A stretch of 47,776 bases of DNA, from positions 36,217 through 83,992 of the forward strand of contig CAZXWK010000004.1 of assembly GCA_964644675.1 (NCBI GenBank). The letters are read 5' to 3'. This stretch comes from an uncultured Eubacteriales bacterium (GTDB lineage Bacteria > Actinomycetota > Coriobacteriia > Anaerosomatales > JAAXUF01). Each line of letters opens with the position of its first letter. Within the stretch, counting starts at the first letter, position 1. The notes beneath the pieces are model-generated. The model was not told the DNA's origin. It saw only the letters and a program-made list of their open reading frames with translations, and did no database searches. Shown here piece after piece: positions 36,487 through 45,316 of the stretch. Position numbers and translations under genes: made by a program.

Positions 36487-37562
36487 GCGTCGAGGTGTTC
36501 ACGGACGACGAAATCATCGACCGCTTCGCACCGCCAGGAACCCGCGGCTTCAGCGAGGACGAAGCGTATCCGTCCGTCTCGGACCTTCTTGTCCGAGCGC
36601 ATCGCCGCGAGCAGTTCGTCTGCGGGCAATCCGCCCTTCATGGCGAACAGCCCGACCCGGTCGAGCAGAGCATCCTGCCGCCTGACGAACTCCTTGGGTG
36701 CGCCGAGCACCTCGACGGCCAACCGCGAAGCGAATCTGATGCCCTCCGCGACCGCGGCACCGTGCGAGACCGCACCATATCCAGCTACCTTTTCAATGGC
36801 GTGCCCGAGCGTGTGACCGTAGTTCAGACACTCGCGCACTCCTTCCTCTCTTTCATCGGTCGAGACGACGGCGGACTTGAACAGCACGCATCTCTGCACT
36901 GTGTCCGCCGTCACATCCGATTCGCGCACGTTGAGCGCGTCGGCGTGGGCCTCGAGCCACGACATGAAGTCCTCGCCCGAAAGCACCCCGCTCTTGACGA
37001 CCTCCGCCAGCCCGCTGCGCCACTCGCTCTCGGGTAGCGACATCAGCGTCTCGGTGTCCGCGATCACGCGAAGCGGCTGCTTGAAGGCGCCCGCGAGGTT
37101 CTTGCCGGCGCGAAGGTCAACTCCCGTCTTGCCGCCGACCGAAGAGTCGACCTGGGCCAGCAGCGTGGTCGGTACCTGCACGAACTCGATGCCGCGCAGG
37201 TACGTCGCCGCGACGAAACCGCCCAGATCGCCCACCACTCCACCGCCGAGCGCGACCACGAGGTCCTTGCGATCGAGCCCGACGTTGGCGAACGCCTCGA
37301 GCAACTCCCCAGCGACCGCCCACGACTTGGTCTGCTCCCCCGCCTCCACGGTGAAGGGATGCACCTCGAAACCGGCGGCCGCGAGGTTCGCAACGACGCG
37401 CTGGCCGAACATCTCGGCGACGTTGGAGTCCGTGACGACACCGACCCGCTTGCCGTCGAAGACCTCGCCGAGAAGGGAGCCGGCCTCAGACAGCAGGCCC
37501 GGGCCGATCATGACTTCGTAGGGTCGACTACCTGTAGCGACAGAAACGTGGCGCGCCGTCAT
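36459..37562 (-). CDS. aroB: 3-dehydroquinate synthase
   Basis: [30 protein letters not shown] and HTLGHAIE motifs, 367 aa. Confidence 0.9.
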   Translation of the reverse strand: MTARHVSVATGSRPYEVMIGPGLLSEAGSLLGEVFDGKRVGVVTDSNVAEMFGQRVVANLAAAGFEVHPFTVEAGEQTKSWAVAGELLEAFANVGLDRKDLVVALGGGVVGDLGGFVAATYLRGIEFVQVPTTLLAQVDSSVGGKTGVDLRAGKNLAGAFKQPLRVIADTETLMSLPESEWRSGLAEVVKSGVLSGEDFMSWLEAHADALNVRESDVTADTVQRCVLFKSAVVSTDEREEGVRECLNYGHTLGHAIEKVAGYGAVSHGAAVAEGIRFASRLAVEVLGAPKEFVRRQDALLDRVGLFAMKGGLPADELLAAMRSDKKVRDGRIRFVLAEAAGSWRCEAVDDFVVREHLDAWVTSKEGD

Positions 37563-38077
37563 GCCTCTTCACGCTCCCGGACGGTATCCGCGACGATGCG
37601 CGCAACGGCCTCCGGCTCGACGTCGACGGTCTCGACGGTCACGTCGGCGACCGCCCGATAGAGCGACTCGCGGGCTTCGAGCAGCGCGGTCGCGGCGAGC
37701 GCGCCGCCAGGGCCGGACAGCAACGGACGGGTGCCGTCCGCTCCAACCCGAGCGAGCGTCTCGGCAGCTGTGACCTTGAGGTATACGACGAGCCCCGTGC
37801 GCTTGAGGAACGCGCGATTGGCGTCTCGAAGCACGACTCCGCCGCCGCAGGCGACGATGCTCGGGGGCTCCTCGGCGAGGCTCTCGAGCGCCGAGGTCTC
37901 TATCGCGCGAAACGCCTGTTCGCCTGCGTCCTCGAAGATCTCGCGCACGCTCCGGCCTGAGGCAGCCTCGATGCGCGCGTCGAGATCGACGAACGGCCGG
38001 TCCAGCTCGGCCGCGACCATCGTGCCGACGGTACTCTTGCCGGCACCCATGAACCCGATGAGGTAGACGTGCGTCAT
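37559..38077 (-). CDS. aroK: Shikimate kinase
   Basis: Walker A GFMGAGKST, 172 aa. Overlaps aroC and aroB ends by 4 nt. Confidence 0.9.
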   Translation of the reverse strand: MTHVYLIGFMGAGKSTVGTMVAAELDRPFVDLDARIEAASGRSVREIFEDAGEQAFRAIETSALESLAEEPPSIVACGGGVVLRDANRAFLKRTGLVVYLKVTAAETLARVGADGTRPLLSGPGGALAATALLEARESLYRAVADVTVETVDVEPEAVARIVADTVREREEA

Positions 38078-39222
38078 CTCGAGATCCTGGACAGGTAGCG
38101 GTCCCGGGACTCGAGCATGTCGCCCATCACGTCGCCGCCGAACTTCTCGATGTAGGCCTGAGCGAGCACGAAGGCGACCTCGGCCTCAGCAACGACCGCG
38201 GCGGCCGGGACGGCGCACACGTCGCTGCGCTCCTTGCTCGCGTCGATCGCCTCAAGCGTATCGAGGTCTACGCTGGCGAGCGGGCTCATCAGCGTGGGGA
38301 TCGGCTTCATGGCCGCGCGCACGATGAGGGTCTCGCCGTTGGTCATCCCACCCTCAAGGCCGCCCGCGCGGTTCGTGGGGCGGGTGAAACCGGTCTGCGG
38401 CGCGTAGTGGATCTCGTCGTGGGCCAGACTGCCGACGCGCGTCGCTGCGCGGAAGCCGTCACCGATCTCGAAGCCCTTGATGGCGGGAATCGAAATGACC
38501 GCCGAGGCAAGCCGCGCGTCGAGCCGCCTGTCGGCCTCGGCGTACGTGCCGAGTCCCGGTACCAGGCCCGTGGCGGTGACGACGAACACGCCGCCCAGCG
38601 ACTCGCCCGCAGCGCGCGCGGCGTCGATCTCGCGCTTCATGCGCTCCGACGCCTCTGGATCGGGACAGCGCACCTCGCTCGCCTCGACCTCAGCCGGGTC
38701 GAAAGGCGGGGGCGTGGTATCGCCCATCGTGACCGAACCGATTCCCGACACGTAGGACGACACCGAGACGCCGAGAGCAGCGAGCATCGCCTTGGCGATG
38801 CCGCCCGCGGCCACCCGCGCGGCCGTCTCTCGGGCGCTCGCGCGCTCGAGGATGTCGCGACAGTCGTCCGAGTCGATCTTCCACACGCCCGCGAGATCGG
38901 CGTGCCCGGGGCGCGGAGCGGTTTCCCTCCCCGACTCGGGTCTGCTCCCGGTGACCGACATCAGGTCCGTCCAGTTGTCCCAGTCGCGGTTCGCGACGGC
39001 CAAGGTCACCGGCGAGCCGATCGTGCGCCCGAAGCGGATTCCGGACAGGACCGTGACCTTGTCCGTTTCGATCCGCTGTCTGCCACCGCGGCCGTAGCCG
39101 CCTTGACGGCGGGCGAGATCCCCGTCGATCGCTTCGAGCGAGACCTCGATACCGGCAGGCACGCCGGTGACGATAGCGGTCAGCGCACGACCGTGTGATT
39201 CACCGGCAGTCGTGTAGCGCAT
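38074..39222 (-). CDS. aroC: Chorismate synthase
   Basis: MRYTTAGESHGRAL...GRSSARETA-like motifs, 382 aa. Confidence 0.9.
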   Translation of the reverse strand: MRYTTAGESHGRALTAIVTGVPAGIEVSLEAIDGDLARRQGGYGRGGRQRIETDKVTVLSGIRFGRTIGSPVTLAVANRDWDNWTDLMSVTGSRPESGRETAPRPGHADLAGVWKIDSDDCRDILERASARETAARVAAGGIAKAMLAALGVSVSSYVSGIGSVTMGDTTPPPFDPAEVEASEVRCPDPEASERMKREIDAARAAGESLGGVFVVTATGLVPGLGTYAEADRRLDARLASAVISIPAIKGFEIGDGFRAATRVGSLAHDEIHYAPQTGFTRPTNRAGGLEGGMTNGETLIVRAAMKPIPTLMSPLASVDLDTLEAIDASKERSDVCAVPAAAVVAEAEVAFVLAQAYIEKFGGDVMGDMLESRDRYLSRISR

Positions 39223-39274
39223 GGCTTGGTCCTTCTGCGGAGGGAATGGGTCCGACGCCGTGGTCGCTGCGAGG

Positions 39275-39895
39275 CTACTTGCTGAGACCTTGGCCGACGG
39301 TCAGGGTGACCTGGCTGTCGCCGTACAACATCACGACGGAGTCGGTGCCGATCGTGAGCACCTTCCACGGCGAGTCCGGGATGGTGTCGCCCTCGGCGAG
39401 GGTATACGACGATCCGTTCCACGCGAAGGTCGCCGTACGCTCACCGTTTGTCGTCTGGATGCTCAACAGGTACAGGGTGTCAGGCTCCGTAGCGCCCGCA
39501 GGCACAGTGCCGGACGCCGTCTCGGAGGCCGTGGACTCAAACGAGGGCTCGATCGTCGGCTCGAACACGTTGCGGAAGGTGAAGGTCGAGTTCAGGGGCT
39601 TCTCGGCAGGGTTGACCGGAACGACCGTCTCGGTCGCGGTGCCCTGCGAGGTCGTCGTCGTGGTGGCGACCGGCGGCGCGGCTCCGAACAACCCGGAGAG
39701 GAGCCCTCCGCCGCTGAGCGCGCTCGAGAAGACGAAGACCATCAGCAACGTTCCGATGACGCCGAGGAGCACGAAGACCGCCACCACGGCGAGCACGATC
39801 TTGGCCGTACGGGAAGCGAGGAAGCCACCACGCTTCTTCTCGAGATCCGCCTCGTCAACGACGACGATGTCGGCGGGGCTGTTGGGATCTGCCAC
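39275..39895 (-). CDS. PilP-like pilus assembly protein (bitopic: short cytoplasmic N-term, TM helix, Thr/Pro linker, C-terminal beta domain)
   Basis: Sits in the pilP slot between pilO and the aro genes. TM helix IVLAVVAVFVLLGVIGTLLMVFVF, and a C-terminal beta-rich domain (LYLLSIQTTNGERTATFAWNGSSYTLAEGD...VMLYGDSQVTLTV). Assignment is by position and architecture only. Confidence 0.5.
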   Translation of the reverse strand: MADPNSPADIVVVDEADLEKKRGGFLASRTAKIVLAVVAVFVLLGVIGTLLMVFVFSSALSGGGLLSGLFGAAPPVATTTTTSQGTATETVVPVNPAEKPLNSTFTFRNVFEPTIEPSFESTASETASGTVPAGATEPDTLYLLSIQTTNGERTATFAWNGSSYTLAEGDTIPDSPWKVLTIGTDSVVMLYGDSQVTLTVGQGLSK

Positions 39896-39910
39896 GGGTG
39901 CTCCTCCCTC

Positions 39911-40525
39911 CTACTGTGCGGGCGCCGGCACCGGCGTCGCCGCCGCCGAAGCGTTCTGACTCGCGGGAATGACGTACGCCTCGATCTGCAGGACCGTCGA
40001 GACGGACCACTCGGGCAACTGGGGATTCGATGGCGACGCGTTGTCGAGGAGGCTGCTTCCCGACTCCATGATGCGGATGCCGCGGTTGAGCTCCATGATC
40101 CGCTTGAGGTAGTCGATGGTATCCGCCCACGTGCCCCAGACCTTCATCTCCATGGGAATGGAGAGGTACGTGGCGTCCGCGCTGCTCTTGGGATCGGCGG
40201 GGGCCACGCTCTGCAGCTGGACGCCCGACGCGAACGCCGCGTCCTGCAGATCGATGATCAGCGACGGCAGGTCCGGGTTCTCCGGCACCATCGTCGCAAG
40301 CTCGATCCACTGCGCGTCCGTGTCCGCAGCCCGGTTCTTGCTGGTCTGGCGCTGAGCGAGCAGCGCCTGCGCCGTCTGAACCTGCTGCTGCGCGGCGGCA
40401 ACGTCGCTGTCCATGCCGCGAAGCCTCCCGATCTGTGGCCACACGAGCAGCGCCCCCAAGACGACGAGGACGAGCACGAGACCGACGACCACGAGTATCA
40501 GTTGTTCGCGAGGTCCCAGTTTCAT
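39911..40525 (-). CDS. pilO: Type IV pilus assembly protein PilO
   Basis: N-terminal TM helix (ILVVVGLVLVLVVLGALLVW), a coiled coil, then a PilO periplasmic domain; 204 aa, directly downstream of pilN. Confidence 0.8.
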   Translation of the reverse strand: MKLGPREQLILVVVGLVLVLVVLGALLVWPQIGRLRGMDSDVAAAQQQVQTAQALLAQRQTSKNRAADTDAQWIELATMVPENPDLPSLIIDLQDAAFASGVQLQSVAPADPKSSADATYLSIPMEMKVWGTWADTIDYLKRIMELNRGIRIMESGSSLLDNASPSNPQLPEWSVSTVLQIEAYVIPASQNASAAATPVPAPAQ

Positions 40526-40539
40526 CTTCGCATCATCTC

Positions 40540-41205
40540 TTACTGGCCGGTGCTAGGCGGGGCAGGAACGGCGGGGTTGCCGCTCGCGGTGGCCGGGGCA
40601 GGAGGAGGAATGATCTTCCCTGTCGATTCGAACTGGACGACGTCCTCCGGAAGCGGCTGGGCAGCTGTGGCGCTCGCTGCCGTGCGCTGATAGGAGTTGT
40701 TGAGCGCGTTCACGAGCCAGACGTCGTAGATGTCCGGCAGCTCTCCGAGTCGAACGAGTGTCTTCGCGACGGACTTGTAGCCGACATCCATGGACTGGCT
40801 CGGCGAGCGTGGGGTCATGCCGCGGATGCGCAGGCCCGCGGTCTCGCCCACGACCATCGTGTCGAGCCAGACCTCGTCCGGCAGCACGAGGGAGACCTCC
40901 TCGGCGATATTGCCCACGTCCAACCGGCTCGCAAGCGCCCGCTGGGCGATCGCGGAGCGAGCAGCGAGCTGCTGCTCCTTCTGCTCGAAGATGCTGAAGG
41001 CGTCCGCTTGGGCCTGAAGCGCAGCGCTCTGCTCCTTCAGCGACTGGAGCTCGGCGTTCTTGGCCCCGCCACTGAGCATGAGGTACGCGTAGATCAGAAC
41101 CAGGATCGCCGCGAGGATGGCGAACGCGATGAAGACGTAGGGATACCACTTCTCCCAGCGCCGCTTCTCGAGTACCTCGGGCGGGAGCAGGTTGATGCGC
41201 ACCAT
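40540..41205 (-). CDS. pilN: Type IV pilus assembly protein PilN
   Basis: Canonical N-terminus MVRINLLPPEV, a single TM helix and a coiled coil; 221 aa. Confidence 0.85.
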   Translation of the reverse strand: MVRINLLPPEVLEKRRWEKWYPYVFIAFAILAAILVLIYAYLMLSGGAKNAELQSLKEQSAALQAQADAFSIFEQKEQQLAARSAIAQRALASRLDVGNIAEEVSLVLPDEVWLDTMVVGETAGLRIRGMTPRSPSQSMDVGYKSVAKTLVRLGELPDIYDVWLVNALNNSYQRTAASATAAQPLPEDVVQFESTGKIIPPPAPATASGNPAVPAPPSTGQ

Positions 41206-42342
41206 TTAGGCGACACCCCCCAGCGCCAGGCCGATCGCAGCAGCGCTCCCCATGCGATCGGCGAGTACGGCCTGCTCTACGGCACCTGATGCCTGGATCT
41301 GAACGAGAGGGTCGCCGAGAACCACCTCGGTCTGGAGGCCCTTCTCGAGGTAGTTCGGGAGGTTGCGCAGCTGGGACCCCGTGCCGGTCAGGTAGATCCT
41401 GCGGATCGTCCGGACCTGGGTGGCCTGCGTGAGGTAGTAGTCGAGCGAACGGCGCACTTCGGCGATGAATTTGTTCGCCTCGCGCTCGAGCGCCTCCTGC
41501 GCGACCTGCATGACCTGAGGCTCCCCGCCGACGGGCGCCGGTTCGGGCGCCTCGATGCTGGGAAGGCCCGCGCGGATCTTGAGTTCTTCGGCCTCGTCGA
41601 ACGTCAGATTGAGCACGTTGGCGATGGCCTGGGTGAACTGGTTGCCGGCGAGCGACGACACGCGGGTGAATCGCGGGATGCCCCGCTCGACGACCGCGAT
41701 GTTCGTCAGCCCCGAGCTGATGTGGACCACGCCGAGCGCCTCGCCCGCGTCAGTCTCGTCCGCGAGCCAGCCGGTCTGGCTGCCGAGAAGCGCTCGCACG
41801 AGCGCAAACGCCGTGACGTCGACCTGAGCCAGCTTCAGTCCTGAACCCGTGACGGCGTCGACGACGCTCTGGATCATGTCTCGCTGTGCCGCGACGAGCA
41901 GCACTTCCATCATGTGCTCGTCGCCCGGAGTCATGTAGTCGCCGATGATCTGGAAGTCGAGGATGGCCTCTTCAACCGGGATCGGGATGTAGTCCTGGGC
42001 CTGATACTGGATGGCGCCCGCAAGCTCGTCGCGCTCCATGAACGGGAGGTCGATGAGTCGGACCACGACCTTCTGGTTCGAGACCCCCACCGCGACGTCT
42101 TTGACCCGGATGCCCGTGCGCTTCCACAGTTCGCGAATGGCCCCGGACACGGCTTCGGGATCGACAATCTCACCCTCGACGACCGCGCCGAACGGCATGG
42201 CCACGGCGCCATAGGCGACAAGGGTGTTCCCCGAACCGGATTGTTTGATCTGGGCGGCGCGTATGTAGTCGGTCCCGATGTCGAGGCCGACCGGTGGTGG
42301 TACCGCGCCGAAGGATGCAGGAGCCAACGCGTCCTCCCTCAA
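41206..42342 (-). CDS. pilM: Type IV pilus assembly protein PilM (actin-like ATPase fold)
   Basis: VGLDIGTDYIRAAQ...GVSNQKVVVRLIDLP; an FtsA/actin-like fold followed by pilN. The likely start is the TTG at ~42327 (GAGGGAGGA plus 4 nt) rather than the TTG at 42342. Confidence 0.85.
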   Translation of the reverse strand: MREDALAPASFGAVPPPVGLDIGTDYIRAAQIKQSGSGNTLVAYGAVAMPFGAVVEGEIVDPEAVSGAIRELWKRTGIRVKDVAVGVSNQKVVVRLIDLPFMERDELAGAIQYQAQDYIPIPVEEAILDFQIIGDYMTPGDEHMMEVLLVAAQRDMIQSVVDAVTGSGLKLAQVDVTAFALVRALLGSQTGWLADETDAGEALGVVHISSGLTNIAVVERGIPRFTRVSSLAGNQFTQAIANVLNLTFDEAEELKIRAGLPSIEAPEPAPVGGEPQVMQVAQEALEREANKFIAEVRRSLDYYLTQATQVRTIRRIYLTGTGSQLRNLPNYLEKGLQTEVVLGDPLVQIQASGAVEQAVLADRMGSAAAIGLALGGVA

Positions 42343-42474
42343 TTATGTGCTGCGTCCAGGCTGCGATAAGTGCTACTGCGATGGTCCCGTGGCAGATGAT
42401 ACCACATCACCTGCCTGCAACAACTAGTTTCGACATCCTGAGGGTCGGGCTTTAGGACAACCGGTCAGCACGCT

Positions 42475-42490
42475 CGTGACTCACGTCACA
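42475..42490. promoter_or_regulatory. CRP/FNR-family-like palindromic site CGTGA-N6-TCACA in the pilD-pilM intergenic region
   Basis: CGTGACTCACGTCACA read directly, 9/10 match to TGTGA-N6-TCACA. It is 5 nt below the pilD stop and about 150 nt upstream of the pilM start. Confidence 0.45.
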
Positions 42491-42495
42491 CTGCG

Positions 42496-43323
42496 TCATC
42501 CGAACAGCGACAGGTACCATCCCCACACCGCCGGCCCGAAGGCCGTGGTCGCGACCGCCCCGAGCGCCAGGAAGGGCCCCAGCGGGAACTTGAGTTTGCT
42601 GGCCGGCACACGCTTCAACCGGGAAGCCGACACACCGTAGAAGGCGCCCAGAACACTCCCCACGAAGAAGGCGAAGACGCCCCACACGCCGAGGAACACG
42701 CCGATCGCGGCCAACAGCTTGACGTCCCCCATGCCGAAGCCCTGCGCGGCGCGGACGCGGTAGTAGACGAGCGCGATGGCGGCCGCGATGCCGGCCGATG
42801 CCACCGCCCCGAGCAACGCCGCGACCAGCGGCTGGCCCCACGTGCCCGGAAACGTCGTCAAGAGCGGAGCGAGCGGGACGCCCGTGAACTGCGCGGCCGT
42901 CGCGCAAAGCGTGCCACCGACGAAGAGCGTGCCGACGATGGGGTTTGGAAGGCGCATCGTGTCGATGTCGATGAACGACAGGATCAGCAGCACGTAGAAG
43001 AAGAAGATCGCGACCGCCGCCTGAGGCGTGGCGCCATACAGCACCCCTGCCAGAACCCACAGCAGGCCCGAGATGAGCTCGACGAGCGGATAGCGGATCG
43101 ATATCGGGGTGCCGCAATGCCGACAGCGGCCGCGCAGCAGCACCGCCCAGGAGAGCAGAGGGATGTTGTCGTACCACGCGATCTCGTTCTCGCACACCGG
43201 GCAGTGCGACGGCGGAGAGACGACCGACTCGCCACGCGGAAGCCGCCAGATCAGAACGTTGCCGAAGGATCCGAACAGCAGTCCGAACAGAGCGAGCAGC
43301 CCAAGATAGAGCGCGTTCGGCAA
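42496..43323 (-). CDS. pilD: Prepilin peptidase (A24 family; leader peptidase/N-methyltransferase PilD)
   Basis: CPVCENEIAWYDNIP (Zn-finger-like cysteines), and catalytic Asp-containing motifs (SFIDIDTMRLPN...GMGDVKLLAAIG). The probable start is the TTG at 43323 (GGGGGAGGA plus 4 nt; MPNALYLGLLALFGLLFGSF...). The track start at 43371 adds 16 aa. Confidence 0.85.
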   Translation of the reverse strand: MPNALYLGLLALFGLLFGSFGNVLIWRLPRGESVVSPPSHCPVCENEIAWYDNIPLLSWAVLLRGRCRHCGTPISIRYPLVELISGLLWVLAGVLYGATPQAAVAIFFFYVLLILSFIDIDTMRLPNPIVGTLFVGGTLCATAAQFTGVPLAPLLTTFPGTWGQPLVAALLGAVASAGIAAAIALVYYRVRAAQGFGMGDVKLLAAIGVFLGVWGVFAFFVGSVLGAFYGVSASRLKRVPASKLKFPLGPFLALGAVATTAFGPAVWGWYLSLFG

Positions 43324-43401
43324 AGCATCCTCCCCCATCGTCATCCGGTACGTGCATGGTAGCCCAAGCAACCTGAACGCCGCACGGCCCGATGACCGTG
43401 C

Positions 43402-43445
43402 GGCGACAGAAAGAAAGGAGGCTGGCGGTTGCCCGCCAGCCTCCT
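43402..43445 (-). terminator. Rho-independent terminator of pilA (13-bp perfect stem AGGAGGCTGGCGG / CCGCCAGCCTCCT, 4-nt loop, then a U-rich tract)
   Basis: Read directly. The minus-strand tail after the stem is CCTTTCTTTCTGTC. A second 9-bp hairpin follows (43379..43404). Confidence 0.8.
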
Positions 43446-43473
43446 GACCACAAACCAGCTCGTGCTTGCAGAC

Positions 43474-43845
43474 CTACGGGTGGGTACCGTGATCCGTGGC
43501 GCTGCAGGTGACCGTGATGGTCGCGGTCGGGTTGGCGCTCACCAGCGAGTAGGTGCCGCCGGCGTTGCAGACCGGAGGAGTCTTGACGTACTTCGGCGAC
43601 AGAGCGGCCAGGACCGACGCGTAGTCCGTGAACGTCGCGACGGCGCCAGACTCGTCCTGATCGGCGCGGTAGGTCTGGAAGGCGCCCTCAACGGTGCGCT
43701 CGTTGGCGTAGCAGCTCTTCTTCTGAGCGGACGCCTTGGCGGAGTTGAAGACCGGGACTGCGATAGCGACAAGAATACCGATAATAAGCACGACGACCAT
43801 GAGTTCCACGAGGGTAAAGCCCTCATCCTTACGGAACATCTTCAT
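43474..43845 (-). CDS. pilA: Type IVa major pilin (PilA-like)
   Basis: MKMFRKDEG/FTLVELMVVVLIIGILVAIAVPVF, the class III prepilin signal with Glu5. C-terminal Cys pair (CNAGGTYS...TVTC). Strong RBS AAAGGAGGTG plus 7 nt. 123 aa. Flanked by terminators. Confidence 0.9.
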   Translation of the reverse strand: MKMFRKDEGFTLVELMVVVLIIGILVAIAVPVFNSAKASAQKKSCYANERTVEGAFQTYRADQDESGAVATFTDYASVLAALSPKYVKTPPVCNAGGTYSLVSANPTATITVTCSATDHGTHP

Positions 43846-44000
43846 GACCTCGCACCTCCTTTCCCCCTGCTGGGGACATGGGAAGGATCTGCCTCCCCGA
43901 TTCCGACATTAGCTGTATCGGCCCCCTTTGGCCGTACTTGAGTCGAAACCTGAGGGAATTTTCATCTTCTGCACGAGCATCCGGTGAACGGTCGGCGAAG

Positions 44001-44016
44001 AGTGACCACGGTCACA
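44001..44016. promoter_or_regulatory. CRP/FNR-family-like palindromic site AGTGA-N6-TCACA upstream of pilA
   Basis: AGTGACCACGGTCACA read directly, 9/10 match to TGTGA-N6-TCACA. It is about 155 nt upstream of the pilA ATG, immediately after the pilC terminator. Confidence 0.45.
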
Positions 44017-44019
44017 CAG

Positions 44020-44054
44020 GACGAGGGGCCGGCAACGACCCCCGGCCCCTCGTC
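44020..44054 (-). terminator. Hairpin downstream of pilC (13-bp perfect stem GACGAGGGGCCGG / CCGGCCCCTCGTC, 9-nt loop)
   Basis: Perfect inverted repeat, 19 nt after the pilC stop. No U-tract, which is common in high-GC genomes. Confidence 0.6.
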
Positions 44055-44072
44055 TATGAAGTGCGTTCTGGG

Positions 44073-45281
44073 CTACTGGACGAGCGTGATGACCTGGAAC
44101 ATCGGCATGTACAGCGCGACGACCATGCCACCGACGATGACGCCGAGCGAGGCCATCATCAGCGGCTCGATGAGCGAGGTGAGGCCGTCGGTGGCCGTCG
44201 AGACCTCCTCGTCGTAGAAGTCCGCGATCTTGTTCAGCATCGCGTCGAGAGCGCCCGTCTCCTCGCCGACCGCGATCATCTGCACGAGCATCGACGGGAA
44301 CACCTTGGACTCCGAGAGCGGCTTCGCGATCGTCTCGCCTTCCTTGATCGCCGACCGCGCGTGCTTGACAGCGTCCGCGACGACCTCGTTTCCCGACGTG
44401 TCCGCGACAATGTCGAGCGCCGAGAGGATCGGCACACCCGCCGAGACGAGCGTACCGAAGGTCCTGGTGAACTTCGCGAGCGCGATCTTGCGCGTCAGCT
44501 GGCCGAAGACCGGCATGTTGAGCTTGGCGCCGTCCCAGATGCGCTTGCCGGGGCCTCCGGACCACCACTTGAACACGAAGATCAGGGCAACGAGCCCGAC
44601 CGCGGATACCGCGCCCCAGATACTCGCGACGAAGTTCGATGCGTTGACGAGCACCTGCGTCATGAACGGGAGCTGTCCGCCCATGTCGGCGAACATCTTC
44701 TCGAAGGTCGGCACGACGAAGATCATCATCGCGACCAGGACCACGAGGACGAGACCACCCATGGCGATCGGGTACGTCATCGCGGACTTGATCTTCGCCT
44801 TGAGGGCCTGCTCGTTCTCGAAGTGGTCCGCGACACGCGCGAGCACCTCGTCCAATACACCACCTGTCTCACCGGCACGCACCATGTTGACGAAGATGGG
44901 TGGGAACACCTTGGGGTGCTTGCCCAGAGAATCCGAGAGCGACTGGCCGGCCTCGACGTCCTTGCCGATCTGCGAGATGACCGTGCGCAGTCCCGCACTC
45001 TCGGTCTGCGCGCCAAGGATCGAGAGGCACTTGGTGAGCGAGAGTCCGGCGTTGATCATCGTCGCGAACTGGCGGGCGAAGATCGTCACGTCCTTGGGCT
45101 TCACGCCCGTGCCGAACGTGATCTCGTTCAGCGAGGCAAGGCCACCCTGCTGGTCGAGCTCGAGGATGATGTAGCCCATCTGCGTGAGCTTCGCCTGCAC
45201 GGCGTCCTTGCTGTCGCCTTCGAGCTTGCCCTTGACGACCTTGCCGGCCTTGTCCCGTACGGCGTAGTTGAACGTAGCCAT
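44073..45281 (-). CDS. pilC: Type IV pilus inner-membrane platform protein PilC (GspF family)
   Basis: Two T2SF domains; MATFNYAVRDKAGKVVKG...; 402 aa. Confidence 0.9.
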   Translation of the reverse strand: MATFNYAVRDKAGKVVKGKLEGDSKDAVQAKLTQMGYIILELDQQGGLASLNEITFGTGVKPKDVTIFARQFATMINAGLSLTKCLSILGAQTESAGLRTVISQIGKDVEAGQSLSDSLGKHPKVFPPIFVNMVRAGETGGVLDEVLARVADHFENEQALKAKIKSAMTYPIAMGGLVLVVLVAMMIFVVPTFEKMFADMGGQLPFMTQVLVNASNFVASIWGAVSAVGLVALIFVFKWWSGGPGKRIWDGAKLNMPVFGQLTRKIALAKFTRTFGTLVSAGVPILSALDIVADTSGNEVVADAVKHARSAIKEGETIAKPLSESKVFPSMLVQMIAVGEETGALDAMLNKIADFYDEEVSTATDGLTSLIEPLMMASLGVIVGGMVVALYMPMFQVITLVQ

Positions 45282-45316
45282 GATGCGCTCCTGCCCCTGT
45301 GCGTAGCGTTCCTGCG

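Noticed and set aside
43846-44000. Sigma-54 (GG-N10-GC) promoter upstream of pilA, as in many Gram-negative pilA genes
   Set aside because: No TGGCAC-N5-TTGC match on the minus strand of this region. Only weak sigma-70-like hexamers are visible, so the promoter type is left unassigned.
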